Below are positions 20,130 through 29,659 of a DNA stretch of 47,216 bases, in pieces; positions within the stretch are counted from its first letter, which is position 1; the number at the start of each line of letters is the position of its first letter. Made by a program: the position numbers and the translations under genes. A model generated the notes under the pieces. It did not search any database. It saw only the letters and a program-made list of their open reading frames with translations, and was not told the origin of the DNA. This DNA comes from Nitrososphaerales archaeon (GTDB taxonomy: Archaea; Thermoproteota; Nitrososphaeria; Nitrososphaerales; JACPRH01). The stretch is taken from assembly GCA_030754585.1 (NCBI GenBank), contig JASMAB010000004.1:1-47216 (forward strand). Direction: 5' to 3'.

Positions 20130-20969
20130 CTATATATCTTTCTTAATGAATGTTACAAATGCGGTTATTGTTGGAGCAAGTATCCATACGGCCATTGATG
20201 TATATAGGAATGGAAGTATTCCTTCTGCACCAAAAATTTTCACCATTGCTATACCAAGAGGTCCTAATGTTGCAAGGTTAACAGCGAAATCTTCACCAAC
20301 CAACAACGCATATATTGTTATCTGCCTTACCAACTCAAGAGGATTTATTGCCACTATAGGTATCAAGTAGACAGGGTCAAAAGCTACAGTGACTACTAAA
20401 CTCAAGAATCCCATATCGATAAGTACAGCGAATAGGAACCAAAAGAATAGCGCAATACCCAACGCCATTGATCTATCCTTGCTAAAAGCAGATATCATTA
20501 AGGCCAAACCTAACATAGCTGCCGTTAATCCATATGCTATTACAAGGACAGAGAAATATTCCAATGTAGGTGCTTCCATAATTACTAAGGCTGCCACACC
20601 CATTCCAATAGAGATAGCTGCAGATACAGCGAAAAACATTCCAAAGAATTTTCCTACAAACACGTTAATTTTCGATATTGGTTGTGAAAGAAGCAGTTCA
20701 AGGGTATTTCGATCTCTCTCCCCTACTAGTGCTGCGGAACCAATTGGAAGCGCAATTAATGGTAAAAATGGATAAACAATTTCACTAGTTCCAGCAATGA
20801 GTGTTTGTATAGTGGGTGCCATTAAGCCTAAGGAATAGGCCACTACGAATGGAAGTCCTATGACGAGAAAGAATGTGATTACGGTGAATGCTATTAGCCA
20901 ACGGCTTCTAATAGAATCTGAAAATTCTTTCCTAATGATATAAATAACTGGTGGTAACATTTCAATCAC
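20130..20969 (-). CDS. ABC-2 permease, NosY-like
   Basis: Motifs 'IIRKEFSDSIRSRW', 'GERDRNTLELLLSQPISK..VFVGKF' and 'INPLEL'. Confidence 0.88.
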   Translation of the reverse strand: MIEMLPPVIYIIRKEFSDSIRSRWLIAFTVITFFLVIGLPFVVAYSLGLMAPTIQTLIAGTSEIVYPFLPLIALPIGSAALVGERDRNTLELLLSQPISKINVFVGKFFGMFFAVSAAISIGMGVAALVIMEAPTLEYFSVLVIAYGLTAAMLGLALMISAFSKDRSMALGIALFFWFLFAVLIDMGFLSLVVTVAFDPVYLIPIVAINPLELVRQITIYALLVGEDFAVNLATLGPLGIAMVKIFGAEGILPFLYTSMAVWILAPTITAFVTFIKKDI

Positions 20970-21928
20970 TTCTTCGTTACTTTCTCCGTAGTCGTTTTAA
21001 GGTCATCTGAAGTCATTTGCATAAATGCTTTCTCAAGGCTAGGCTCTTCAACTCTGAAGCTTTCTGGTGTAAATCCTTTATCGCTCAATCCCTTAAGTAT
21101 CGTGAATTTTTCCTCATGATTACACTCAACAACTATCTGTGCTTTATGTACCTCTGCCTCCTTGAAACCCAAATCTCGCACAACTTTAACCATAGCGTCG
21201 GGTTTATTTTCACCTGTATCAATAAAAAGATGATCTTTTAGTTCAGCATCTTTCATAAAGTCTTCAACACCTCCTGCTTGAACTACTCGTCCTTTATTAA
21301 CAACTAAAACATGCCCTTTAAACAACCTGATCTCATGAGCCTCTCTGAGCAAGTGTGTTGAAACTAGGACACATTTCCCTTTATCCAAGATCTCTCCCAG
21401 AAGTTGTCTGAACTCTAATTGTCCTTGGACATCAAGATTAGCAGTAGGCTCGTCAAGAATCAATATAGGCGGATCTGATAACTGAGATATTCCTAACATA
21501 AGCCTTTGCTTCATTCCTCCTGAGAGGGCTCCAGCTTTCCGGTCTCTGAACCTTGTGAGTCTAATCTCTTTTAGGCTTTCCTCGACACGGTTAGAGTTTA
21601 TTCCTTTCAAACCAGCGTAGAACTTTAGATTAGCCTCAACAGACATATCGTCATATGGTGAAGAATGTTGGGGTAAATACCCGACTTGGCCTCTTATCCA
21701 TTTTCCTCCTTTCCTTACATCATTTCCATCTACAGTAATAGATCCTTCAAAGTTTAGAAGCCCGAGCATACATCTGAAAAGTGTAGTCTTACCGGCACCA
21801 TTTGGACCTAAAACTGCGTGTATTTCTCCACGATCAGCTGTAAATGATGCGTCACGTACTGCTTTAAAGCGTCCATATTTCTTTGTAACATGATCCACCT
21901 TTATCAATTGGTCTGCCAAGATAGTCAT
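20966..21928 (-). CDS. ABC transporter ATP-binding protein, NosF/CcmA-like
   Basis: Motifs GPNGAGKT, LSGGMKQR, LDEPTANLD, STH and C-terminal 'EPSLEKAF'. Confidence 0.92.
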   Translation of the reverse strand: MTILADQLIKVDHVTKKYGRFKAVRDASFTADRGEIHAVLGPNGAGKTTLFRCMLGLLNFEGSITVDGNDVRKGGKWIRGQVGYLPQHSSPYDDMSVEANLKFYAGLKGINSNRVEESLKEIRLTRFRDRKAGALSGGMKQRLMLGISQLSDPPILILDEPTANLDVQGQLEFRQLLGEILDKGKCVLVSTHLLREAHEIRLFKGHVLVVNKGRVVQAGGVEDFMKDAELKDHLFIDTGENKPDAMVKVVRDLGFKEAEVHKAQIVVECNHEEKFTILKGLSDKGFTPESFRVEEPSLEKAFMQMTSDDLKTTTEKVTKK

Positions 21929-21945
21929 ATGAAAAAGTAAATGCG

Positions 21946-21957
21946 TTATAAACTTTG
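21946..21957 (-). promoter_or_regulatory. BRE plus TATA promoter, probably leaderless
   Basis: Minus strand reads CAAAG-TTTATAA, ending ~18 nt before the ATG at 21928. Confidence 0.55.
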
Positions 21958-22086
21958 CTTACTAGTACATATTATAATTACAATTTTATCATATAAAACG
22001 TAAAATCTTTATGAAATTATCTAAATATTTCAGAAAATAATGTATCATAAGGCAAGATTGAAAAAATATCTATGAATATTTACGTA

Positions 22087-22836
22087 TCAAGACTTTGGTT
22101 TACGTAATGCTATTACTGCGACACTAATTAAAACTGCAACAACTGCGAGTGTTGCAAGTGGATATGTCATGTCGTTTACTTGATCAAATCCATCAAGCGT
22201 TGTTTTTTGGTTAATGGTTGAAGTCTTGGTAGTTAATATTAGGGTAGTGGTTATTTCAACTGTGGTTGCTGTAGTTACAGTTGTAGATGTAGTAGATATA
22301 GTGGTTATAGTAGTTGTAACCGTTTGTGCTGGACCCGGGTTTCCAGGGCCTGCAGGGGCTGGAGCAGGTTCAGGGGCAGGAGCAGGTTCAGGGGCAGGAG
22401 CAGGTTCAGGGGCAGCTGCACCACTTACAGTTATTTTCAAGGGTTTGGTCTTGTCTTTTACTACTCCTGCAGGATCTGTTGCTCCTATGGTTAATTCTAT
22501 TTCGCCTTCAGGGACTGTTGAAGCAACCTCAATAGTTACGACAGATGCTCCTACATCAAATCCAGGTACAATAACGGGATTAGGTTCAAATGTACCGGTT
22601 ACACCGGCAGGCGGATCAATTAATGTTAGATCTACCTTTCCTTCAAAACCTTCTTCTGAATAAATAGAGACTGTGACAGTTGCAGAACCTCCAGCTGCAA
22701 CTTCTACACCAAGAGGCGGTGTGAGGCCAAGAGCAAAATTCGGAGCTCCTGGCGCCAATGCCAAAACTACTTGAGGAGCTAATAGCATAAGTACAAGCGA
22801 GTAAGATATAATAATCGTCTTTTTAGTCGTTTTCAT
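22087..22836 (-). CDS. Surface protein: Ig-like domain, Pro/Ala/Glu linker, Thr-rich stalk and C-terminal TM
   Basis: Signal peptide, beta-rich domain 'GFEGKVDLT...PAGVTGTFEP', (APEPAP)n repeat, poly-Thr and a TM with basic tail. Confidence 0.8.
   Translation of the reverse strand: MKTTKKTIIISYSLVLMLLAPQVVLALAPGAPNFALGLTPPLGVEVAAGGSATVTVSIYSEEGFEGKVDLTLIDPPAGVTGTFEPNPVIVPGFDVGASVVTIEVASTVPEGEIELTIGATDPAGVVKDKTKPLKITVSGAAAPEPAPAPEPAPAPEPAPAPAGPGNPGPAQTVTTTITTISTTSTTVTTATTVEITTTLILTTKTSTINQKTTLDGFDQVNDMTYPLATLAVVAVLISVAVIALRKPKS
22361..22414. repeat. Coding tandem repeat, 3 x 18 bp
   Basis: GGAGCAGGTTCAGGGGCA occurs three times and encodes the APEPAP linker on the minus strand. Confidence 0.9.
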
Positions 22837-22842
22837 CGCATC

Positions 22843-23184
22843 TTACCCTGCAGGTCCAGCTAAACATAAACCTGCCGGATAGTGACAGACATAGTCATTG
22901 CTACCACTAATATTACCACAAACAAGGCCTGAAGGACAGCCACTATCAAAAGCACAATTCTGACAGTCTTCTCCTGGATCAATTATGCCGTTACCACACG
23001 TAAGTTTTAGTTGAGCACACTCTGAAGCAGGTTGACCATCGGAACAAGCGTATTCAGGAGCGTTTGGTAACATTGATACCACTGTTGTACTATTTGTGTT
23101 ATTTAGTGCAAATACTGAAATACTTACTCCCATTATTAGGGCTGCGATAGTTACTCCAACAATTAAGAACTTTTTTTGGATCAT
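22843..23184 (-). CDS. Small secreted or anchored Cys-rich protein
   Basis: N-terminal TM and 9 Cys, including 'CGNGIIDPGEDCQNCAFDSGC' (myxobacterial Cys-rich/DUF4215-like motif). Confidence 0.7.
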   Translation of the reverse strand: MIQKKFLIVGVTIAALIMGVSISVFALNNTNSTTVVSMLPNAPEYACSDGQPASECAQLKLTCGNGIIDPGEDCQNCAFDSGCPSGLVCGNISGSNDYVCHYPAGLCLAGPAG

Positions 23185-23198
23185 TCTAAGAACTCCTT

Positions 23199-23675
23199 CT
23201 ATAAATTAATAGAGTTGAACTTATTAATAAAACTTCTGTCAGGTATTGCAATATAAATAGCTATAAGATTGTAGTTATTTGGATATGTGGATAGTCCAAT
23301 AATTATACTATTTATTGTGTTTGTATCCGGAGATAATGAGAACAAGTATCCAGAATATTGTACAAATGAGTATAAGAATGGCGTTCCAGCAACTATCTGA
23401 ACAAGAGACCAATTACCATATACGTCAGCATCCATAATCTAGGGATAAAGAATAGCGGGATTACCGAAAGATTTGGTTAACACTGGAGAACCTGTTTCAG
23501 CATTAAAAATATGTAGAGAACCATCGGGCGTATGTTGATAGATTAGATCTCCACTGACGGTTATTCCTACACTTAAATCAATTCCATCGAAGAAATGACT
23601 CCACTTCACATCGTCAGTGGATTCATCAATAGCATATAGAGAAGAACTCGTAGGACCGACATTTTCAGAGTTGTT
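23199..23675 (-). pseudogene. C-terminal remnant of a PQQ-binding beta-propeller (PQQ-dependent dehydrogenase-like)
   Basis: Frame reads SLYAIDESTDDVKWSH...GITVSGDLIY...DGSLHIFNAETGSPVLTKSFGNPAILYP*IMDADVYG.... In-frame TAG at 23439-23441; no start codon or N-terminal part. Confidence 0.7.
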
Positions 23676-23708
23676 TTATGTCAACTATACCTATACCACC
23701 TATTTTTT

Positions 23709-24365
23709 TTAATTGGAGCTACGTTGATTACGAAAAACTAGTCCAATGAATATCGTTATGCCCACTGTCAAGCCAATAATATATGGAAAATAGTCAGACA
23801 TAAAATTTGATTCATTTATAATTCTAAATGTGCCTGCAGTAACTGAGAAAGATTCATATGTCGTGGAAGGCAGTTGCTCAACAAGAAAGGGATTATTTAC
23901 GAATTCTGCAATATTCACCCTTGCATAAATGGTAGCATCTACTGCTCCTCCAAAAGGAATATTGATAGTTTCGTTTGATAGATCTATAGTGAATGTGTTT
24001 GGTCCCCAGCGGCTACCAGGGTATAATCGTTCAGGTTGTTCTCCGATGGGGTAACCACCAAATGATATTGTTCGTTTTATTGATGAACCAGTATCTGTTT
24101 CTATAGTTAGCTCTATTGTTGAATAGAAGAAATATTGTTTGTATTTATCCATATGATCTAGAAGGAGTGACGTAGTTATGGTTAAGTTCGTATTTCTGGT
24201 CACTTCGTCAGGGCTATCTAAAACAAGGGTGTACGTGCTTTTTCCATCATAGGTGTCAAAAGATCTTGTCCATTTGCCACTGAAACCGCTTGCAGGTAGT
24301 GTAAATACTGGTAATAATGAGAATAACAAAATCATTGAAAAAAGAATTGAGAAGTAGTGTTTCAA
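23709..24365 (-). CDS. Secreted protein with C-terminal TM anchor, function unknown
   Basis: Signal peptide, beta-rich body and C-terminal TM. Lies 14 nt downstream of the SBP gene. Confidence 0.7.
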   Translation of the reverse strand: MKHYFSILFSMILLFSLLPVFTLPASGFSGKWTRSFDTYDGKSTYTLVLDSPDEVTRNTNLTITTSLLLDHMDKYKQYFFYSTIELTIETDTGSSIKRTISFGGYPIGEQPERLYPGSRWGPNTFTIDLSNETINIPFGGAVDATIYARVNIAEFVNNPFLVEQLPSTTYESFSVTAGTFRIINESNFMSDYFPYIIGLTVGITIFIGLVFRNQRSSN

Positions 24366-24379
24366 TTTTTTTTACTCAC

Positions 24380-25873
24380 CTAGAATTTGAAGACGGGTCC
24401 CACTTTATCTATCTCTTCTTGTATTTGCTTTATAGCCTCACGTGGGGTTAATGTTGAACTCCAGCATTGTGAAAGACTTCTACTTAAAATAAGTCTAATT
24501 TGAGGCCAGGCTGGAAAAGATATTAGAGTTGCAACATGGCTCTCTGCCATAATATCCTTAATCACCTTAAGATAATCTAGATTACCAGTTTCTATCTTCT
24601 GTTGGATTACTGGATCATTGTAGACTTTCATTCTGGTGGGTACAGAATGATGTAGTGGATCCTGTATAACCATTTTCTGGGTTCCCAAGCTAGTAGCCCA
24701 TTGTAGCCAAAGCCAAGCTGCTTCAGGGTTACGGGAGTAGCGAGAAACTCCAACCCCTGCGCCAGCGAATGTGGAAAAGGAGCCTTCAGGTCCTTCTGGC
24801 GTTTTTAGATAACCCCATTTTCCGGGTGTTTTTGATTGTATTGGATTATTGACTGTTGAGGCGTAATCTGCAAATTGAATTGCATTTACTACTCTACCAA
24901 CAGTCATCATTAATCCAACTTCTGCCCAAGTTGAGCTACTGGATACAGGATCAGAATATTGTTTGAGTTGTACATAATTTTCAAGTGCTGTTATAGCTTC
25001 ATCACTGTTGATTACACATCTTATCCCATCTTCATCTATCTCCCAGATTTTTCCACCAAAGCTATGAAGATGGTTTAGGTATTCAAATATTATAGAGATG
25101 TGGGAGAATGCCATGCTAGCACCCCCAAAATAACCTGCTGATGAATCGTTAAACATTCTTAGATCTTCACGGTATTCTTCCCAGGTTTTTCCAGGAGTTA
25201 TTCCTTCGTTCTCATAAAGGTCTTTTCGATAGAAACGAACCATCATAGGCATATCCTGTGGCCATTCGAATACCTTTCCATCAAGATGCTTTCCGTATGG
25301 TGGGAATATGAGATCCTGAGGGTATTTGGAAGAGAATGCCCACGCTGAATCAAAGAAGTCATCTGTATCTAAGTTCGGAAAGGTGATTTCTGGGTATCGT
25401 TCAGCCAATTCTTGTGGAGGAATCAAGTGATCTTTGAATCGGGCTAACTGAGAGTTATCTACATTAATCAAGTCATATGTAGGTGCCTGCGTTGATATTG
25501 CCAAGGTTGTGTTCAAGAGGTTTTGTGTATAGGGTGCAAGTTCATATCCTACATCTATCCCTGTATGCTTAAAGTAATCAGGGTCCATTCTCTGTAACCC
25601 AAGAGGAGAAGGCTCCAACTCAAATGCGGTTACTAACTTTTTACCTTTGTACGGTTTTGATACATCTTGTAACCATTCCATTAATTCAAGGTATTCAGGA
25701 GGTTTATAACGTGCATCAAGGTCATCAACTACAGGCATATTGGAAGGTGTGGGATCTGTCGCGGAGGATCTTGAAGAAGTGGATAATAGATATTGGGTAG
25801 ATAGAGTCGTCGCTGATCCACCTATAAGAGCTGCAGTTGCATATTTGAGAAAATTTCGTCTAGATATAGCCAT
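24380..25873 (-). CDS. Tat-exported ABC sugar-binding protein (family 1/CUT1)
   Basis: Twin-arginine signal SRRNFLK and motifs 'FYRKDLYE..G...KTWEE' and 'SRNPEAAWLWLQW'. Confidence 0.9.
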   Translation of the reverse strand: MAISRRNFLKYATAALIGGSATTLSTQYLLSTSSRSSATDPTPSNMPVVDDLDARYKPPEYLELMEWLQDVSKPYKGKKLVTAFELEPSPLGLQRMDPDYFKHTGIDVGYELAPYTQNLLNTTLAISTQAPTYDLINVDNSQLARFKDHLIPPQELAERYPEITFPNLDTDDFFDSAWAFSSKYPQDLIFPPYGKHLDGKVFEWPQDMPMMVRFYRKDLYENEGITPGKTWEEYREDLRMFNDSSAGYFGGASMAFSHISIIFEYLNHLHSFGGKIWEIDEDGIRCVINSDEAITALENYVQLKQYSDPVSSSSTWAEVGLMMTVGRVVNAIQFADYASTVNNPIQSKTPGKWGYLKTPEGPEGSFSTFAGAGVGVSRYSRNPEAAWLWLQWATSLGTQKMVIQDPLHHSVPTRMKVYNDPVIQQKIETGNLDYLKVIKDIMAESHVATLISFPAWPQIRLILSRSLSQCWSSTLTPREAIKQIQEEIDKVGPVFKF

Positions 25874-26016
25874 AATAACAACTAACCTCGATACAACGTG
25901 ATTAAATAAATATATCGAGTTATGTGGGATTTAGCTTTCGATAATTATTATAAAGAACATTATGGTTTTAATATACTAATAGTCTGTTAGTTTGATGTAG
26001 GATAGATATATCTATA

Positions 26017-26937
26017 TTGATTGAAGTTGAAAATTTATCAAAGAGATACGATAAGATCAAAGTCATCTATGATCTCAACTTTAAAATTGAGAAAGGGGAG
26101 GTTGTAGTGTTGATTGGTCCTAATGGTGCAGGTAAATCTACATTACTGAAATGTATACTTGGATTAGTACGATATAATGGCAATATACTTGTGGATGGAT
26201 TAGATGTTAAGAAAAAAGGGAGAGAAATAAGGAGAAAGACTACCTACATTCCTCAACAGTTTATGTTGTACCCTAACCTAACTGTCATAGATAATTTGAA
26301 GTTTTATGCGGACATTAAAGGGATTGCAAAGAATGCTGTAAACCAAAGTATTGAAAAAAGTAAACTTGAACACTATGCAAACAAACCTGCCAAAAATCTT
26401 TCTGAAGGGTTACGCCAGAGGTTAATGCTTGCAATCACAGGGTTGGCAGATAGCCCTATCCTACTTTTTGATGAACCAACTGCAAATCTTGATTTAAAGA
26501 GGGTTTTGGAGTTTAAGGAGATGATAAAAGCAGAGTCAAAGAAGAAAAAAACTATTCTTCTTTCAACTCATCTGCTTAGTGATATAAATGAGATAGCTGA
26601 AAAAGTAATGGTGATGAATAAAGGAAGGCTTCTATTTATAGGGAATACAGATGAGTTACATAGAAAAATGAAGATGAAAACTACCATCACATTAACTATT
26701 CAAAAGAATTTGAATCCTAAGTCAATTGATAATGTTAAAGATCTTCTTCTCAAGTCTGGAGCTGAAAATGTATCCGTAAAAGATGAGTTCGTGATAGTTT
26801 CAACCGAATCCATAAGAAAGATTTCTGTTTTGAAAGCTATAGGAGAAATGGGATCGGCGATTAAAAATTTTAAGATATCTGAGCCGAATATGGAAGAGGC
26901 GTTTCTGAAGATTACTGGTGGAAGTGAGGAGTGGTGA
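26017..26937 (+). CDS. ABC transporter ATP-binding protein, NosF-like (second copy)
   Basis: GPNGAGKS, variant signature LSEGLRQR, FDEPTANLD and 'EPNMEEAF'. Confidence 0.9.
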   Translation: MIEVENLSKRYDKIKVIYDLNFKIEKGEVVVLIGPNGAGKSTLLKCILGLVRYNGNILVDGLDVKKKGREIRRKTTYIPQQFMLYPNLTVIDNLKFYADIKGIAKNAVNQSIEKSKLEHYANKPAKNLSEGLRQRLMLAITGLADSPILLFDEPTANLDLKRVLEFKEMIKAESKKKKTILLSTHLLSDINEIAEKVMVMNKGRLLFIGNTDELHRKMKMKTTITLTIQKNLNPKSIDNVKDLLLKSGAENVSVKDEFVIVSTESIRKISVLKAIGEMGSAIKNFKISEPNMEEAFLKITGGSEEW

Positions 26938-26941
26938 TGAG

Positions 26942-27775
26942 TTGCCGGTTTCATCTATCCTAGCAATAGCTAAGAAAGAGTTTAAAGAATCCATTAGTAA
27001 CAGATGGTTTCTGGTTCTATCCGTTATTTTCTTTTTACTTATCCTGCAGATCCCGTACATAGTACTGATGCTTTTGGGATTTTTTTCTTACTCCAATATT
27101 CCTGGAAAAACCGGGATATTTCTAGCACATGCTATATCTTTTGGTGGATTGATTACGTTAATTGTTGGCTCGTTAAGTATAGTTACTGAGAAGGAACAAG
27201 ATACTCTTTCATTTCTGCTAACCCAACCTATTAGGAAACTTGAAATTATTATTGGGAAATTCTTTGGGCTACTTCTAGTGATTTCTTTAATGATGGGCAT
27301 TGGGTTTGGGCTTGCAATGCTTCCATCAATTGGAGAAGAAGAAATAATCAGTATTGGATTTTTAAATTTTATTTACAGTATATTGGTTATGGTTGGTTCA
27401 GCATCAGTTATGATAGGGCTAGCTATAGCCATTTCAGTAATATCTGCAAGTAGAACGATGGCTGTCTCTTTAGCTTTATTTACTTGGTTATTCTTTACAC
27501 TAATCTATAGTAGTGGATTTTTAGGATATATGCTCATAACGGTGAATGAGACACAAGCCTATTTCTACTTCATATTTCTAAACCCAATTGAGATTTCTAA
27601 TACAATTATGCATCTAATATTAAATCCTATTTTATCTCCATCGCTTCCCGCACGCTTTATGGTAAATTACTTTGGAATTGGTGGGTCCTTCGTGCCTCTT
27701 GGCATAGGATTATTGATTTGGTCTGCGGCACCAATCGTATTTTCAATTATAGAATTTTATTCAAGAGAATATTAA
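26942..27775 (+). CDS. ABC-2 permease, NosY-like (second copy)
   Basis: Motifs 'IAKKEFKESISNRW', 'EKEQDTLSFLLTQPIRK..IIIGKF' and 'LNPIE'. TTG start chosen after a GGTGA SD-like motif; the ORF track starts at 26918. Confidence 0.87.
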   Translation: MPVSSILAIAKKEFKESISNRWFLVLSVIFFLLILQIPYIVLMLLGFFSYSNIPGKTGIFLAHAISFGGLITLIVGSLSIVTEKEQDTLSFLLTQPIRKLEIIIGKFFGLLLVISLMMGIGFGLAMLPSIGEEEIISIGFLNFIYSILVMVGSASVMIGLAIAISVISASRTMAVSLALFTWLFFTLIYSSGFLGYMLITVNETQAYFYFIFLNPIEISNTIMHLILNPILSPSLPARFMVNYFGIGGSFVPLGIGLLIWSAAPIVFSIIEFYSREY

Positions 27776-27782
27776 TCGTAAT

Positions 27783-28580
27783 TTAGGTTGAAGGAAACTT
27801 CATTATTAAGGAGCTCTTTAGTGATTCTATAGCACTAACTACGGGTGAATCAGGAGCAAAATCTATAGGCGCTACTCTTGCCATATCTGCCTGCTCAATT
27901 GATTCATCGTAGGGAATTGTCGCCAGAAGAGGTATTCTCAATTCAGCTGAAACCTTTTTTAGAAAAACATGTTCTGAATTATTTTTCATCTTATTGCCTA
28001 CAATAAGTAGTGACTTTACACCTAATTCTTTGGAGAGATCCTTAATTCTTCGTGCTGTATCAATGGATTGCATTCTAGGTTCTACTACACAAAGCATTGC
28101 GTCTACACCTCTCACAGTACCTCTTCCAAGATGTTCAAGTCCGGCTTCCATATCCATAACTACAGCTTCTTTTGCTGATACCATTAGATGTCTAACAAGT
28201 GCTTTAGCCAACGAGTTTGTAGGGCACATGCATCCAGCGCCAGCTGCTCTTACAGTTCCCATTACCAGAAGCCTGATTCCATCTGGACCGGCTATTCCAT
28301 ACTTCTCAGCTATATCGTTAACGGTTGGATTTAGGCTGAATACTCCGCCTGACGAGCCTGGGGTTACACCTGTCCGTTCTGCTATAAGCGAATGGTTTTC
28401 CGATAAAGGTGTTATTTTAGAAGCGATATTAGATGATATTCCAAGAGAGTAAGCAAGATTCATTGAGGGGTCTACATCTATTGCTAATGTCTTGTAGCCT
28501 TCTCTGCCTAATTGTCTAGCAAGCGTTCCAGTAATACTAGTCTTCCCTACACCTCCTTTGCCTACTACCGCTAATTTCAC
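27783..28580 (-). CDS. cooC: CooC-type nickel-insertion ATPase
   Basis: Deviant Walker A GKGGVGKT, metal-binding GCMCP and DMEAGLEHLGRG. Confidence 0.92.
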   Translation of the reverse strand: MKLAVVGKGGVGKTSITGTLARQLGREGYKTLAIDVDPSMNLAYSLGISSNIASKITPLSENHSLIAERTGVTPGSSGGVFSLNPTVNDIAEKYGIAGPDGIRLLVMGTVRAAGAGCMCPTNSLAKALVRHLMVSAKEAVVMDMEAGLEHLGRGTVRGVDAMLCVVEPRMQSIDTARRIKDLSKELGVKSLLIVGNKMKNNSEHVFLKKVSAELRIPLLATIPYDESIEQADMARVAPIDFAPDSPVVSAIESLKSSLIMKFPST

Positions 28581-29362
28581 CTAGAGATTTCACCTTTGGG
28601 AACCTCAGGTATTTCGAGTTTCTTTATGAGTTCAGTAACGCCTTTCAATGCTAATGATGATGCAGGAAGATCTGGAATGGGTTTACCATTTAAATCGAAT
28701 TCTTGAACCAATGGATCTTCAGGGATTACAGCAATGCATTCTAATCCCGAAGTTTTTTCTAGATCCTTTACTTTATCCACAAATCTAGGAGGGAGTCTAT
28801 TTACCACTAGGTAGGCTTTGCGAATATTTGTGTTGAGAGTTTTGATTAGTTCCTGAATTCGTTTGGCAGTTAATACACCTTTAGCAGTTGGGTCAGTTAC
28901 AACTAGCAGTATATCGATATCCCTGGTTGTTCGCCTACTAAAATGTTCAAGTCCAGCTTCTGTGTCCAATATCATTAGTGGATATTTATCTGAAAGATCA
29001 TCCACCATTTTTCGAAGAAGATTGTTTACGTAACAATAGCATCCTGGACCTTCAGCATTTCCCATAATAATAATATCGAAGCCATCGAACTCTTCTACGG
29101 AGCTTTGGAATAGATAGTTGAAGTAATCCTCTTTTCTTTGATATGGTCCTAGTTTATCTTTATTCTTGAGCAACATTTCACGTGCTTTTCCAACTGACAT
29201 TGTAGCATCAACTCCTAGAGCTTCATTCAGATTGGAATTGGGATCAGAGTCAATACCAAGTATTGGTTGTCCTCCATAGTTTTTTAAAAGATGCACAAGC
29301 AAAGCTGACACCGTAGTTTTCCCTGTACCACCTTTTCCTGATATCGCTATACTGAATGTCAT
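28577..29362 (-). CDS. cooC: CooC/AcsF-type nickel-insertion ATPase (second paralog)
   Basis: Motifs GKGGTGKT, EGPGCYCYVN and DTEAGLEHFSRRT. Confidence 0.92.
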   Translation of the reverse strand: MTFSIAISGKGGTGKTTVSALLVHLLKNYGGQPILGIDSDPNSNLNEALGVDATMSVGKAREMLLKNKDKLGPYQRKEDYFNYLFQSSVEEFDGFDIIIMGNAEGPGCYCYVNNLLRKMVDDLSDKYPLMILDTEAGLEHFSRRTTRDIDILLVVTDPTAKGVLTAKRIQELIKTLNTNIRKAYLVVNRLPPRFVDKVKDLEKTSGLECIAVIPEDPLVQEFDLNGKPIPDLPASSLALKGVTELIKKLEIPEVPKGEISR

Positions 29363-29402
29363 TTTTTATATATCTCTCCTTAAAAATTTAGATTCATTAT
29401 TG

Positions 29403-29612
29403 CTAATGATGATCAGAATGAATGGTGTGATGAAGCACTAATCGTTCAGCCTCCACATCCACTTCAATAATATCTACATTATCAATAGTTACTTGGTTAC
29501 CTAGTATTGTTTTTAGGACTACTGAACCCCCAGTGTTTTTTGCGTATACTATATCTTCAGCCACTGTTTCCTCTTTATTCTCATTCTTTAAATAGACTTT
29601 AAATTCGCACAT
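29403..29612 (-). CDS. cooT: CooT-family nickel-binding protein with His-rich tail
   Basis: N-terminal MCE motif, 69 aa, C-terminal HHTIHSDHH; lies upstream of the cooC pair. Confidence 0.85.
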   Translation of the reverse strand: MCEFKVYLKNENKEETVAEDIVYAKNTGGSVVLKTILGNQVTIDNVDIIEVDVEAERLVLHHTIHSDHH

Positions 29613-29659
29613 ATGAATTCATTTCCATATTATTATATAAAATTGAAATATTTATAGAT

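Noticed and set aside
22361-22414. Possible CRISPR or mini-array
   Set aside because: The 18-bp units are contiguous with no spacers, lie in frame within a Pro-rich linker, and no cas genes are present.
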